DNA of 64,000 nucleotides from Alphaproteobacteria bacterium (GTDB lineage Bacteria; Pseudomonadota; Alphaproteobacteria; MPNO01; UBA830): NCBI GenBank assembly GCA_965243135.1, contig OZ251539.1, positions 5,910,236 to 5,974,235 of the forward strand, read 5' to 3'. Shown piece by piece: positions 62,668 to 64,000 of this stretch (position 1 is its first letter; each line of letters starts with the position of its first letter). The notes under the pieces were generated by a model. It saw only the letters and a program-made list of their open reading frames with translations, ran no database searches and was not told where the DNA came from. The position numbers and the translations under genes were made by a program.

Positions 62668-64000
62668 TCAGGGCCGCAGCGGCGCCATGGCGGCGGCCGA
62701 CTTCGCCATGCGCGCGAGGCGGACGAACTCCGCCCGGTAGCCGAACGGGTCGTTCCCCCGAGCGCCCTGCGCGAGCGCGACGACGTCGTCGTAGCCGAAG
62801 GCGCCGGTGTAGCGCCCGCCGCGCAGGAGTTGCCCGAACCCGGCCACCGCCGCCGCGAAGCGCATGTCCTCGGGGGCCGCTTCGAGGCTCTCGAAGGCGT
62901 CGGCCGACATGACCGCGCGGACGATCTCGGCGCTGCTCGCGGCTCCCGGCAGCTTGTAGCGGACCTTCAGGTAGGCGACTTCCTCCGCGAAGGCGCCGGC
63001 CGCCGCTTCCGCCTTCGGCCGATAGCGCAGCGGCTCGACGCGCCGGGCGCCGGAACCCGCGGGCGTCAACTCGTAGAGGGCGGTCACCGTATGCCCGGCG
63101 CCGATCTCGCCCGCGTCCACCTTGTCGTTGGCGAAATCCTCGCGCGCCAGAAGCCGGGTCTCGTAGCCGATCAGCCGGTACTCGGCCACCGCCGCCGGAT
63201 TGAACTCCACCTGGACCTTCACGTCGTCGGCGATCGGGAACAGCATCGAGGACGCCTCCTCCACCAGCACCTTGCGCGCCTCCGGCAGGCTGTCGATGTA
63301 GGCGGCGTTGCCGTTGCCGTGCTGGGCCAGCCGCTGCATCAGTTCGTCGTTGTAATTGCCCATCCCGAAGCCCAGCACCGACAGGTACACCCCGCTCTCC
63401 CGCTTGCGCGCGACGTAGCCTTCCAGTTCGTCCACGTCGGCGATGCCGACGTTGAAGTCGCCGTCGGTGGCGAGGATCACCCGGTTGACGCCGCCCTCGA
63501 CGAAGCGACGCTCGGCCAGCAGGTAGGCCTGCCGCAACCCCTCGCCGCCGGCGGTCGACCCGCCCGCCCGAAGGCTGTCGAGGGCGGCCAGGATGCGCCC
63601 TCGCTCGTCGGCCCGGGTCGGCTCCAGCACCGTGCCGGCGGCGCCGGCGTAAGTAACGATGGCCACCGTGTCGTCGGGCGACAGCGTGTCCAGCAGCAGC
63701 TTGAACGAGGAGATCAGCAGCGGCAGCTTGTCCGGTTCGTCCATGGAACCCGAACTGTCGATCAGGAACACGAGGTTGGCGGGAGGCGCCGCGGCGCGCT
63801 CCAGCCGGTAGCCCTGGACGCCGACGCGCAGAAGCAGGGCGGCGGCGTTCCACGGCGCCGGCATCAGCGCCGCGTGGACGGCGAAGGGCCGTTCGCGGCT
63901 CGCGGGCGGTTCGTAGCCGTAGGGGAAGTAGTTGACCAGTTCCTCGATTCTCACCGCGTCCTGCGGCGGCAGCGCGCCCCGGTTCAGGGAGGCGCGCACG
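62668..64000 (-). CDS. von Willebrand factor type A domain protein (N-terminus beyond the window end)
   Basis: VFLIDSSGSMD (MIDAS DxSxS), ATDGDFNVG. The 543-aa ORF 62222..63853 on the same strand in another frame is an artefact. Confidence 0.7.
   Translation of the reverse strand, partial: VRASLNRGALPPQDAVRIEELVNYFPYGYEPPASRERPFAVHAALMPAPWNAAALLLRVGVQGYRLERAAAPPANLVFLIDSSGSMDEPDKLPLLISSFKLLLDTLSPDDTVAIVTYAGAAGTVLEPTRADERGRILAALDSLRAGGSTAGGEGLRQAYLLAERRFVEGGVNRVILATDGDFNVGIADVDELEGYVARKRESGVYLSVLGFGMGNYNDELMQRLAQHGNGNAAYIDSLPEARKVLVEEASSMLFPIADDVKVQVEFNPAAVAEYRLIGYETRLLAREDFANDKVDAGEIGAGHTVTALYELTPAGSGARRVEPLRYRPKAEAAAGAFAEEVAYLKVRYKLPGAASSAEIVRAVMSADAFESLEAAPEDMRFAAAVAGFGQLLRGGRYTGAFGYDDVVALAQGARGNDPFGYRAEFVRLARMAKSAAAMAPLRP

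Noticed and set aside
62222-63853. 543-aa minus-strand ORF
   Set aside because: Same strand as the VWA-domain gene but in another frame. Arg-rich; the VWA frame has MIDAS motifs.

Overview
This 64-kb window is high-GC (about 65%) chromosomal DNA, probably from an alphaproteobacterium. That guess rests on a MucR/Ros regulator, olsB-olsA, and the gene orders tsaB-rimI-fur, miaB-phoH-ybeY-corC-lnt, rimP-nusA-infB-rbfA-truB and trmB-metK. Three conserved core blocks (1-3300, 17.5-34.8 kb, 53.3-64 kb) are separated by two accessory regions (3.3-17.5 kb and 34.8-53.3 kb). Both accessory regions are dense graveyards of nested insertion sequences mixed with AT-rich foreign genes. I could support the following:
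- IS66-family elements (a complete copy, a MITE-disrupted copy, and several terminal remnants) that carry a translationally coupled DUF4338-like accessory ORF.
- A 2.3-kb IS4/Tn5-like element in two copies, in which a DUF4338-like module is fused in frame to the N-terminus of the transposase.
- ISAs1-, ISKra4- and a second IS4-type transposase pseudogene.
- A group II intron remnant invaded three times.
- Two tandem tyrosine integrases, each frameshifted at the same homologous position.
- A 413-bp MITE with 12-mer subterminal repeats inserted inside an IS66 transposase gene.
- AT-rich cargo: a multiubiquitin-like plus E2-like gene pair (remnant of a ubiquitin-like conjugation operon), a NYN-domain gene, a PD-(D/E)xK-like gene, a roughly 1000-aa coiled-coil protein with perfect 21-bp tandem repeats, and small Zn-ribbon / CxxCxGxG secreted proteins.
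The most novel signal is the recurrent physical association of one DUF4338-like protein module with three unrelated DDE transposase families (seven copies, only one intact). No rRNA, tRNA or CRISPR array was found. All family names were recalled from motifs without database access.
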